From Fibrobacter succinogenes subsp. succinogenes S85 (GTDB lineage: Bacteria; Fibrobacterota; Fibrobacteria; Fibrobacterales; Fibrobacteraceae): 32,000 bases of DNA. Of this stretch, positions 9,023-16,578 are shown piece after piece; position 1 is the first letter of the stretch, and each line of letters starts with the position of its first letter. The stretch is from NCBI RefSeq assembly GCF_000146505.1, contig NC_017448.1:210001-242000 (forward strand), read 5' to 3'. The notes under the pieces are model-generated. The model had not been told where the DNA came from. It ran no database searches and saw only the letters and a list, made by a program, of their open reading frames with translations. A program made the translations under genes and the position numbers.

Positions 9023-9299
9023 CAAAAAACGTCAAAAATCGTTTTAATGTGAAACAAACAAGACTCCCCTTTCTAAATTAGTGTTGCCGATAATGCGGAT
9101 TATGTAAACTAAACTATTGCGATAATTATCGGTCTTTTGACGTTTTTCTTTGTTGAATCGCTTTTGTGTTGGGTACACAAGTCTTATTACTGGTATGCGC
9201 ATTAACGCCTTCGTAAAAACTTATTTTGTTGATGAATATACAAAAAATTGTATTTTTATAACAACATTTGTCTCTCCAGACAACGCAAGAAGGAATTTT

Positions 9300-10289
9300 A
9301 TGATTAAAAAGATTTTGCCGATTTCTGCGGTAGCAGCCCTAGCCCTTACAGCTTGCTTTTCTGATGAAGCATCTCCGGTTGCGCCAACCAACCCAAATTC
9401 GGTAACGTCTCAGGAATTCAGTTCGTCTTCTGCGGTTGTCAGCTCTTCATTTGCTGATATTGTTTTGTCTAGCTCGGACAATGGCTCGCTTCATTCGTTC
9501 ACGCAAAACGAATGCACCGTGAAAAAACAGTCGGACAATGTTGTCGTTATGGATTATACCATTGCAAATTCTGAAAGAACAACGATGAAAATGACTCTTG
9601 TCGGTGCAGACGTTGAAATGGACCTGACGACCACTTATGATATTTCTGTGCCTGATGCTGAAATTGCACAAATGTGCGAAGAAAGCAAGGTTGGCTCTGA
9701 GACAATGAATGCGAGTGTCGTTTGCGAAGGTCGCTCCATTTCTGTGAAGTACAAGGATTCGGCGAATGGTCACACTGTAGAAGACGTTATTGAGTCAGCA
9801 AACGAGCTTTGTATGTTGATGGATAAGTATAAAACACCCTCATCAAGCTCAACCGTACTCTCCTCCAGTTCCATCACTCCCCTATCAAGTTCATCATTTG
9901 AAATTCCTGTAAGCACCAAACAAAAGCCAAACGATGCGACGTGCAAAATTGAAGTCGATACAGAAAATGACTTTGCCATTACCATAGTGAAGCCGGACTC
10001 CATAATCCTCCATATTTCGGCAAGCCATCATAATGATATTTTAAATATTACCGAAATGATGCAATTTGATGAAAGTGTTCCACAATCTGTAATTACAGAA
10101 CTTTGTGAAGAAGCCTATAAGGAAGAAAGGGAAGACCCAACTGGTGCTATCATCACCTGTAACGATAGAGACTTTACAGAAACTGTAACGGTAGAGACGG
10201 ATATGAATGCCCTCCCCGTCTTTACCGCAACTTTAGTGACCATATGCGACCAAATTGAGGAAACAGGAATATACATAGAGGACTTGTAA
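9300..10289 (+). CDS. Lipoprotein of unknown function with two tandem 4-Cys domains
   Basis: The preferred start is the ATG at 9300, preceded by AAGAAGGA. The product begins MIKKILPISAVAALALTAC (lipobox LTAC). Ser-rich linkers are present. Two about 105-aa repeats share identical C-to-DxSVP-to-CEE spacing. The 5' extension in the ORF track (9150) lacks signal-peptide logic. Confidence 0.7.
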   Translation: MIKKILPISAVAALALTACFSDEASPVAPTNPNSVTSQEFSSSSAVVSSSFADIVLSSSDNGSLHSFTQNECTVKKQSDNVVVMDYTIANSERTTMKMTLVGADVEMDLTTTYDISVPDAEIAQMCEESKVGSETMNASVVCEGRSISVKYKDSANGHTVEDVIESANELCMLMDKYKTPSSSSTVLSSSSITPLSSSSFEIPVSTKQKPNDATCKIEVDTENDFAITIVKPDSIILHISASHHNDILNITEMMQFDESVPQSVITELCEEAYKEEREDPTGAIITCNDRDFTETVTVETDMNALPVFTATLVTICDQIEETGIYIEDL

Positions 10290-10320
10290 TAATCGGCGCT
10301 TTTTTACTAAATTTGGCGCC

Positions 10321-10944
10321 ATGATTAATTTTATCAAGTCTATTTACTCCGGTTTGTGCATTGGGCTCGGCGGAACGGTTTATCTTTCTTGCGATAATAA
10401 GATTCTCGGTTCGTTCTTGTTCGGGCTCGGCCTTTTTACGATTTTAAATTTCGGGTTTAATCTTTTTACGGGTAAAGTTGGTTACTTTGTCAATAACAAG
10501 ATTAATTATTGGGGGTTTTTAGGAATTGTCTGGCTCGGTAATTTTATCGGGACTTTCGTTTTTGCAAAGTTGATCGCTGCGACCCGCTATGGCGCGGCAC
10601 TTCAAGCTAAAGCTAACGCACTTTGCGTGATCAAGAACGGTGATGGATTTGCTAGTTTGCTCGTACTCGGGATTTTCTGCGGGATGCTCATGTTCATCGC
10701 GGCAGACGGCTACAAGACCGTAGAAAACCAGGTCGGGAAAGTGCTTATCGTGTTCCTCCCGGTGATGGTCTTTATCTTGAGTGGTTTCGAGCACTGCATT
10801 GCTGACATGTTCTATTTTTCGCTGGCGGGCGATTTTTCAATGACAATGCTCAAGGCACTTGTTGCAATTACGATCGGCAATTCCATTGGCGGTGGGCTCA
10901 TCCCGCTCATGCAAAAGTTGAACGCCAAGTCCGCGAAAGCATAA
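10321..10944 (+). CDS. Formate/nitrite transporter (FNT) family channel protein, short form
   Basis: 207 aa polytopic membrane protein. It has the FNT signature SGFEHCIADMFY and the central LGIFCGMLMFIA segment. Confidence 0.7.
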   Translation: MINFIKSIYSGLCIGLGGTVYLSCDNKILGSFLFGLGLFTILNFGFNLFTGKVGYFVNNKINYWGFLGIVWLGNFIGTFVFAKLIAATRYGAALQAKANALCVIKNGDGFASLLVLGIFCGMLMFIAADGYKTVENQVGKVLIVFLPVMVFILSGFEHCIADMFYFSLAGDFSMTMLKALVAITIGNSIGGGLIPLMQKLNAKSAKA

Positions 10945-10964
10945 GAAAAAATTCTTCCTACAGA

Positions 10965-10998
10965 AAAAGCGCAGTCCACGAGGAATTGCGCTTTTTTC
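10965..10998. terminator. Bidirectional rho-independent terminator between the FNT gene and the GH5 gene
   Basis: AAAAGCGCA-gtccacgaggaat-TGCGCTTTT is flanked by A-runs and T-runs on both sides. A second hairpin, ATTCCGG-N8-CCGGAAT, lies at 11010-11031. Confidence 0.6.
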
Positions 10999-11043
10999 GT
11001 AAATAGGCGATTCCGGTATGGAGGCCGGAATGACAAATAACAT

Positions 11044-12681
11044 TTATCCGAGGTCTTTGATGACCATGATACCGCTGCGTTCAATCTTCGGATACTGACG
11101 CATGCCTTCCCCACCCTTGCCCTTGTCAAGGATTTCGAGGAGCTTGCCATCTGTGGAGTACAGGTGCAGTTCCCACGGGCCATTCGGAGCATTGAAGTAA
11201 CCGGAGTTCTTTTGCACGTTGCGCTGGAACGTTCTGTTCAAGCGGTCGGCAACGCTGCGGGCGTGAACGAGCGAAACGTCTGCGAGATTCCAGGAAATCG
11301 GCACGCCGCCCATGTCGAAAATGAGCACGGCATCGACGTCGGTTTCTTCCTTCATCGTGAATTTCCAGCTGAAGTTCTGCCAGCTCGTGCTCAAGTCGAG
11401 AATACGGCCGTTTGCATACGGCGTATAGCTTTCGCAGTCCTTCTTGATGTTCACGTTGAGCGTACGCGGCTTGTCAGCCTTGGCGCGCATGCTAAAAATG
11501 TACGTCACGCCCTTGTGGAGCGCAAAGTGCTGCTTGAACTGGAGATTCCAGGAATCCTTGCCGCCCTTCTTGATGTCGAAATGCACAACGCCATCCTTGA
11601 CGGTCACATCGCCCTTTCCACCCCAGAAGTCAGTCGTCCAGCCAGAAAGCGGATCTTCGGCATTGAATTCACCGTTTTCAATGATATTCGCACCAGTTCC
11701 CTGAGAGCCGGTTGTGAAATCCTTATTCTGGATAAAGTTTGGAATCACGCTCGTATTCTGGATGCCGAGAGGACTATCGACAGCGACTTCCTTGCCCCAG
11801 CCAATAAGCGTGTTGTAGGAGCCGTGAACCGTCATATCCATTTCTGGACTGTCGAAGTTACCCGGACCCCAGCTCCATGCGAGCCAGCCGATGTTCAAGC
11901 GTTCGCATTCCGACATGATAAACTTGTACGGGATTTCACGGACGCCGCCAGCAGCCACCGGAGCAAATTCGCCAACAATCAGCGGAATCTTACGCTTGAG
12001 GGATTCTTCGAGCGTACCCTTGATGCGGTCCTTGACGGTTTCGTAGCCTGTTGCCACCGGATTGTGGCGTTCGGTCGGCCACCACATGTGAATAGAGAAA
12101 ATCAAGTTGTGTTCGGAGTCTGCCTGCAAAAGCTTCGGGCCCACGTTCAACAAATTCTTTTCGTTCTGGCCCCATTCGTCAGCGTCGATCATGATCGGCA
12201 CACGCACGCCAGAGGCGCGGAGCTTTGTAACGATGATGTTGTAGGCATTGAAAAATTCATCGGCGCTCTGGGCCTTGTCGCCCGGTTCGTTACCGATGTT
12301 CAAAATCAAATATTCCTGATGATTGTAAATCATCTGGAGCGTTTCTTCGCGAAGCCAAAATTCAAGGGCGTCGCTCAGGCGGTCCCAGTTACCGGTCGTG
12401 TCATGAATTTCCGGGATAGGAATCATGCCGTTGGCAATACAAAGCGAAATAATGTTGTCGAGGTCGCTGATGCGGCCTCGAGTATTCCAAACAATTCTTA
12501 CACAGTTTGCGCCAGTCTTTGCAATTTCGGGAATGGTCTTGCCTTCACGATCCGTCCAAATAAACATGTGGTTTACACCACGAAGAACAACCTTTTCGTT
12601 GTCCTTGCTATACAGAAAAGAATCTTGAACGAAAAAGCCCGGTTTCACAGATGAGCCGTTCATGTCTTTAATTTTCTCCAT
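11044..12681 (-). CDS. GH5 glycoside hydrolase, endo-beta-1,4-mannanase-like (GH5_8-like), with a CBM4/9/22-type module
   Basis: It contains VVLRGVNHMFIWT...AKTGANCVRIVW...IPEIHDTTG...LILNIGNEP (acid/base Glu) and PLIVGEFAP (nucleophile Glu). The CBM-like segment is IIENGEFN...WNLQF...FSMRAKAD. The ORF-track start (12711) is TTG. ATG candidates are 12681 (MEKIKD) and 12663 (MNGSS). No signal peptide is visible. Confidence 0.85.
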   Translation of the reverse strand: MEKIKDMNGSSVKPGFFVQDSFLYSKDNEKVVLRGVNHMFIWTDREGKTIPEIAKTGANCVRIVWNTRGRISDLDNIISLCIANGMIPIPEIHDTTGNWDRLSDALEFWLREETLQMIYNHQEYLILNIGNEPGDKAQSADEFFNAYNIIVTKLRASGVRVPIMIDADEWGQNEKNLLNVGPKLLQADSEHNLIFSIHMWWPTERHNPVATGYETVKDRIKGTLEESLKRKIPLIVGEFAPVAAGGVREIPYKFIMSECERLNIGWLAWSWGPGNFDSPEMDMTVHGSYNTLIGWGKEVAVDSPLGIQNTSVIPNFIQNKDFTTGSQGTGANIIENGEFNAEDPLSGWTTDFWGGKGDVTVKDGVVHFDIKKGGKDSWNLQFKQHFALHKGVTYIFSMRAKADKPRTLNVNIKKDCESYTPYANGRILDLSTSWQNFSWKFTMKEETDVDAVLIFDMGGVPISWNLADVSLVHARSVADRLNRTFQRNVQKNSGYFNAPNGPWELHLYSTDGKLLEILDKGKGGEGMRQYPKIERSGIMVIKDLG

Positions 12682-12814
12682 AAGGTCAATTAATCCATTA
12701 TAAATATACAACTAAATGTTTTTTTAGAGCCAAAATTTTTTCGCATATATAAAAAATTCAGCGCTCAACCATGGACTTTTCAAGCAAAATATGTGCCACA
12801 AGGCGTAAGCTCGG

Positions 12815-13675
12815 CTATTTGAGCCTTATGGATGCTGACGCGTTTGATTTGGCGACTTCAGATGGAAGTTGTGGCGGCACTACATTTCCGATGTTTTTCG
12901 CCGAGTAGTTCGATAACGAACGTTCAGGAAGATGTTTCCAGTAGCGTACAGGCAAGCAACGTCGAAGAAGGCGCGGGTTGAGCCGCTCCTTGATCGCCAT
13001 CGTGTCGTAGTAAGACTTCCACATGCGTGTGAATTCATCTGGAGGGGCGTGCGCTGAAATGTAATTCGGGTCGGGAACCGTTACAAAATGTGTTCGGTAA
13101 TTCTCGTAATAGACGCCAAAGCCTCGCTTGACATCGATAATCGCCCATGTGCCGTTGGGGAAACGGCACCGGAAATGCCCGACAATCATTTCGAGAATGT
13201 CGTACTTCGGTTCGATTTCGGCGATATACATGCCATCGGGTGCTTTGTTGAAACGCACCATTCCATACATGTTGTCCATTTCGCGACGCACGGAACGCGC
13301 AATGGTAATGAGCGGAATCATTTCGAGACTTGACGGATTGCGACCGTAATTCGGGTCTAGCCCCGCAAAAAGCTTGCGCAGGTACGCAAGAATGTTCATC
13401 TCAATGTTCGCGTCTTCGGAACGGAAACACGTTTCGAGCAAATTCAAGACGTCTTTACTTGCCGCATTGGTAATGGCTCGCTTGAGGCGGTTGGCTGAGT
13501 CTTCGGAGGTTTCGACATGGAAGGGCAGCGCGAAAAGGTCGGTTGCCGCTTCACGTTCCGCTTCGTACGTGCGTTCGGCGACAAAGCAAGAAACATTGAG
13601 ATGTTGGCGGTAAATCTCGAAAACGGCACTCAAGAAGCCGTCGAAAGTAGAATCGTAATGAATCGCGAGAGACAT
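12815..13675 (-). CDS. TIGR03915-family (DUF4130) putative DNA metabolism/repair protein
   Basis: 286 aa. It starts YDSTFDGFLSAVFEIY and contains ...MYGMVRFNKAPDGMYIAEIEPKYDILEMIVGHF..RFP...WAIIDVKRG and ...WKSYYDTMAIKERLNPRLLRRCLPVRYWKHLPE. This is the characteristic partner of the TIGR03916 radical SAM protein, encoded 41 nt upstream. Confidence 0.85.
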   Translation of the reverse strand: MSLAIHYDSTFDGFLSAVFEIYRQHLNVSCFVAERTYEAEREAATDLFALPFHVETSEDSANRLKRAITNAASKDVLNLLETCFRSEDANIEMNILAYLRKLFAGLDPNYGRNPSSLEMIPLITIARSVRREMDNMYGMVRFNKAPDGMYIAEIEPKYDILEMIVGHFRCRFPNGTWAIIDVKRGFGVYYENYRTHFVTVPDPNYISAHAPPDEFTRMWKSYYDTMAIKERLNPRLLRRCLPVRYWKHLPERSLSNYSAKNIGNVVPPQLPSEVAKSNASASIRLK

Positions 13676-13716
13676 GATTTAGTAGGAAGTAGACAGTAGG
13701 AAGTAGACGGTTGAAC

Positions 13717-15000
13717 TTAGGAGTTGGCTGAAAGTTGTGCGGCTTTTGGCTGTGGCAGTGCGGCGGGCATGGTGTCAAATAGATCGAGTTGATCGTTCTT
13801 GGGTTTGCCTGCTATGAGCAAGGGACGAATCATCTCGGGATAAAGTTTGTGTAGTTCTCGCGGCACGTCGCTATCGTAGATGAAGTATTTCGCGCGCTTA
13901 AGCACCACCCCCATCTTCTTTAAATGCTCGAGCCTGATTTTAGAATAACGCCTTCCACTGACAATGAGCTGTGCTGACCTCACGCCAATGCCGGGCACGC
14001 GCAAAATCATCTCATAATCGGCAGTTTGCAAATCGACCGGGAAGCATTCCGGATGGCGAAGCGCCCACATCACTTTCGGATCTAAATCCGGGTCTAGGAA
14101 TGGATTCTTCTCGTCAAGAATCTCGTTGTACTCGAACTTGTAAAAGCGCATGAGCCAGTCGGCCTGATAAAGCCGGTGTTCGCGTAAAAGCGGTGGCTTG
14201 GTTGTAATTACTGGCAAGCGTTTGTCCGCATTTATGGGTACATACCCCGAAAAATAAACACGCTTCATTTGCTGTTGCTTGTAAAAGCCTGCCGAAAGCG
14301 TCAAAATTTGGAAGTCGGTCTCCCCCGACGCTCCGACAATCATCTGTGTGCTCTGCCCTGCCGGCAAGAACTTCGGAGAATATTTGGACTTGTCCGTTTT
14401 GTATTCAAGCTTGCGTTCCGCCAAGAAATTCATCGGGCGGTAAATGGATGCAAAATTCTTTTCGGGAGCAAGGTATTGCAACTGCTTGTCCGAAGGGATT
14501 TCGATATTCACGCTGCTGCGGTCGGCATAAAGCCCTGCCTCGAACAAAAGCCTAGAACTTGCGCCAGGAATCGCCTTTAAATGGATGTAACCGCCAAAAT
14601 GGTGTACCAAACGCAATTCCTTAGCCACTTTAATTAACAGTTCCATCGTGTAATCAGGCGTGCCAATCACTGCAGAGCTCAAGAAAAGCCCTTCAATGTA
14701 ATTACGGCGGTAAAATTCCAACGTAAGGTTGATGAGTTCTTTGGGCGTAAAAGTCGCTCGCGGGATGTCGTTACTGCGTCGGTTCACGCAATAGGCGCAA
14801 TCGTACTTGCAGGCGTTACTGAACAGCACTTTTAAAAGCGAAATGCAGCGTCCATCGGCGCTCCACGTATGGCAAATGCCTGAGCTATGCCCGCACCCCA
14901 TCCCGCCTTTCGGCGAATTGCGCTTGGAACCGCTCGACGAGCACGAAACATCGTACTTGGCGGCATCGCCTAGAATGTTCAGTTTATCGCGTAAATCCAT
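13717..15000 (-). CDS. Putative DNA modification/repair radical SAM protein (TIGR03916 family)
   Basis: 427 aa. The N-terminus is LNILGDAAKYDVSC and the radical SAM cluster motif is CKYDCAYC (CX3CX2C). It also contains YIEGLFLSSAV and HLKAIPGAS, and a C-terminal helix-hairpin-helix-like ILRVPGIGVRSAQLIV. Confidence 0.9.
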   Translation of the reverse strand: MDLRDKLNILGDAAKYDVSCSSSGSKRNSPKGGMGCGHSSGICHTWSADGRCISLLKVLFSNACKYDCAYCVNRRSNDIPRATFTPKELINLTLEFYRRNYIEGLFLSSAVIGTPDYTMELLIKVAKELRLVHHFGGYIHLKAIPGASSRLLFEAGLYADRSSVNIEIPSDKQLQYLAPEKNFASIYRPMNFLAERKLEYKTDKSKYSPKFLPAGQSTQMIVGASGETDFQILTLSAGFYKQQQMKRVYFSGYVPINADKRLPVITTKPPLLREHRLYQADWLMRFYKFEYNEILDEKNPFLDPDLDPKVMWALRHPECFPVDLQTADYEMILRVPGIGVRSAQLIVSGRRYSKIRLEHLKKMGVVLKRAKYFIYDSDVPRELHKLYPEMIRPLLIAGKPKNDQLDLFDTMPAALPQPKAAQLSANS

Positions 15001-15224
15001 TTTTGCCCATCGTTTTTAACGACACACTTGTTTACTTGCCTTTTTGTTCACTAAATATAATATTTACTGCACAAAAAAGCAAACTATTTCTAAAATTTTG
15101 AAAAAAAATGGTTGTTGATTTTAGTTTTGCTAGCCTTTTCGTGTCAGTTTTTACAATTAGTGAAAACACTTGATTTTCTAAACAAAGTGTCTAAAACAGC
15201 GTAAAAATTTTTCTGAAATATGGA

Positions 15225-15253
15225 TTGTCATTAACCCATCTTTTTACTATAAT
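15225..15253 (+). promoter_or_regulatory. Sigma-70-like promoter for the carAB leader
   Basis: TTGTCA (15225-15230), a 17-nt spacer, then TATAAT (15248-15253). The predicted transcription start near 15260 gives a leader of about 188 nt. Confidence 0.45.
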
Positions 15254-15384
15254 TGCCCCCGATGAAAAGAATGGAACTTGTTGACTTCGAGCTCGCCTTC
15301 AAGCAAGCAGCCTCGACCCACAAAAAGGTCGGTTGGGTTTCAGTTTTTGACAAGACTATTCATTTTTTTAAGAGTTTTATTTTT

Positions 15385-15419
15385 AAGGCAAAGGCATTTA
15401 GCTTTTGCCTTTCTTTTTA
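15385..15419 (+). terminator. Terminator-like hairpin plus U-tract inside the carA leader (candidate attenuator)
   Basis: AAGGCAAAGGC-attta-GCTTTTGCCTT forms an 11-bp stem with one G.U pair, followed by TCTTTTTAC. It ends 29 nt before the carA ATG and is preceded by long U-runs (15358-15388). Confidence 0.45.
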
Positions 15420-15447
15420 CCCCAACAACTGTGACGTAAGGTAAATC

Positions 15448-16578
15448 ATGAACGAAAAATTTCAATGGAAAGCAAAGCGCGAGCGTAAGGCTTTTATAGC
15501 CTTGGCTGACGGAGCCGTATTCCACGGTTACGCCTTTGGCGAAAAGAAAGATACCGTTGGCGAAGCCGTGTTTAACACCGGTATGGCTGGTTACAAGCAG
15601 ATTTTGACCGACCCGTCTTACGCTGGTCAGTTCGTGGTTTTCACCACGGCCGAAGTTGGCGCTTACGCTACGAACTTTGAAAAGTCCGAATCCCGCCAGG
15701 TTTTCTTGAACGGAATTGTCGTGAACTCCCTCGACTGGGTTTCCAAGGAACTGAACGAAGAATCGCTTCATGATTACATGCTCGCCCAGAAGAAGGCAGG
15801 CATTGCAGGCGTTGATACTCGCGCCCTCACGCTCCACCTCCGCACGCACGGCGCCCAGAAGGCTTACCTCCACGTCGAAGACACGGAAATGACCGAAGCC
15901 GAAGCTATCGCAAAGGCAAAGGCTTGGGAAGGCCTCGACGGTCAGGATTATGCGAGCAAGGTGAGCGACCCGAACGGCTACGAATTCAATAACGAAGGCA
16001 AGTACCACATCGTCGCTCTCGATTTCGGTATCAAGACGAACATCTTGAGAAACCTCGCCGCACAGGACATGCGCATCACGGTTATGCCGATTGGCACGAG
16101 CTACGAAAAGATCATGGAACAGAAGCCGGATGGCGTGTTCCTCTCCAACGGCCCTGCCGACCCGAACAGCCTCCCGCAGGTTTACAACATGGTCAAGCAG
16201 CTCCTCGGCAAGATCCCTCTCATGGGTATCTGCCTTGGTAACCAGCTTTTGGGCCTTGCTCTCGGTGCTAAGGTTTCCAAGCTCAAGTTCGGCCACCACG
16301 GCTGCAACCATCCGGTCAAGAACCTCTTGACGGGCGCTGTCGAAATCACGTCACAGAACCACAACTACGCCATTGACGAAAAGTCTCTCCCCGCCGATGT
16401 CGAAGTCACGCACATCAACCTGAACGACAACACGGTCGAAGGCATCCGCCACAAAAAGTTCCCGGCATTCAGCGTGCAGTACCATCCGGAATCTGCCCCG
16501 GGTCCGAACGATTCCATGTACTTATTCAAAGAATTTAAGAAGATGATTGAAGATTTCAAGGGAGGCAAGAATGCCTAA
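15448..16578 (+). CDS. carA: Carbamoyl-phosphate synthase small (glutaminase) subunit
   Basis: 376 aa. It contains GICLGNQLL (catalytic Cys), HHGCNHPV and [11 protein letters not shown], with typical CarA length. Confidence 0.97.
   Translation: MNEKFQWKAKRERKAFIALADGAVFHGYAFGEKKDTVGEAVFNTGMAGYKQILTDPSYAGQFVVFTTAEVGAYATNFEKSESRQVFLNGIVVNSLDWVSKELNEESLHDYMLAQKKAGIAGVDTRALTLHLRTHGAQKAYLHVEDTEMTEAEAIAKAKAWEGLDGQDYASKVSDPNGYEFNNEGKYHIVALDFGIKTNILRNLAAQDMRITVMPIGTSYEKIMEQKPDGVFLSNGPADPNSLPQVYNMVKQLLGKIPLMGICLGNQLLGLALGAKVSKLKFGHHGCNHPVKNLLTGAVEITSQNHNYAIDEKSLPADVEVTHINLNDNTVEGIRHKKFPAFSVQYHPESAPGPNDSMYLFKEFKKMIEDFKGGKNA

Noticed and set aside
9150-9299. 5' extension of the lipoprotein ORF given in the track (start at 9150).
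   Set aside because: The extension would bury the signal peptide and lipobox 50 residues inside the protein. The ATG at 9300 has a proper RBS and yields a canonical lipoprotein N-terminus. The same reasoning trims 22016..22102 (FISUMP lipoprotein), 16547..16570 (carB), 25584..25634 (GH30) and 22776..23072 (Rpn nuclease).
15068-15081. Possible LexA/SOS box TGCACAAAAAAGCA 68-81 nt upstream of the radical SAM gene. From memory, a TGCNC-N4-GTGCA-type palindrome has been reported as the Fibrobacter LexA site, and this gene pair is SOS-linked in some taxa.
   Set aside because: Only the left half-site fits. The right half (AAGCA versus GTGCA) matches 3 of 5 positions and lies in an A-rich tract. 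This is too weak to call without a genome-derived LexA matrix. The consensus itself is recalled, not verified.
15253-15444. Whether the 63-aa ORF upstream of carA is an ordinary protein-coding gene.
   Set aside because: It has no family resemblance and is Phe/Lys-rich because of the U-tracts. It runs through a terminator hairpin. It is retained only as a possible regulatory leader peptide within the attenuator finding.
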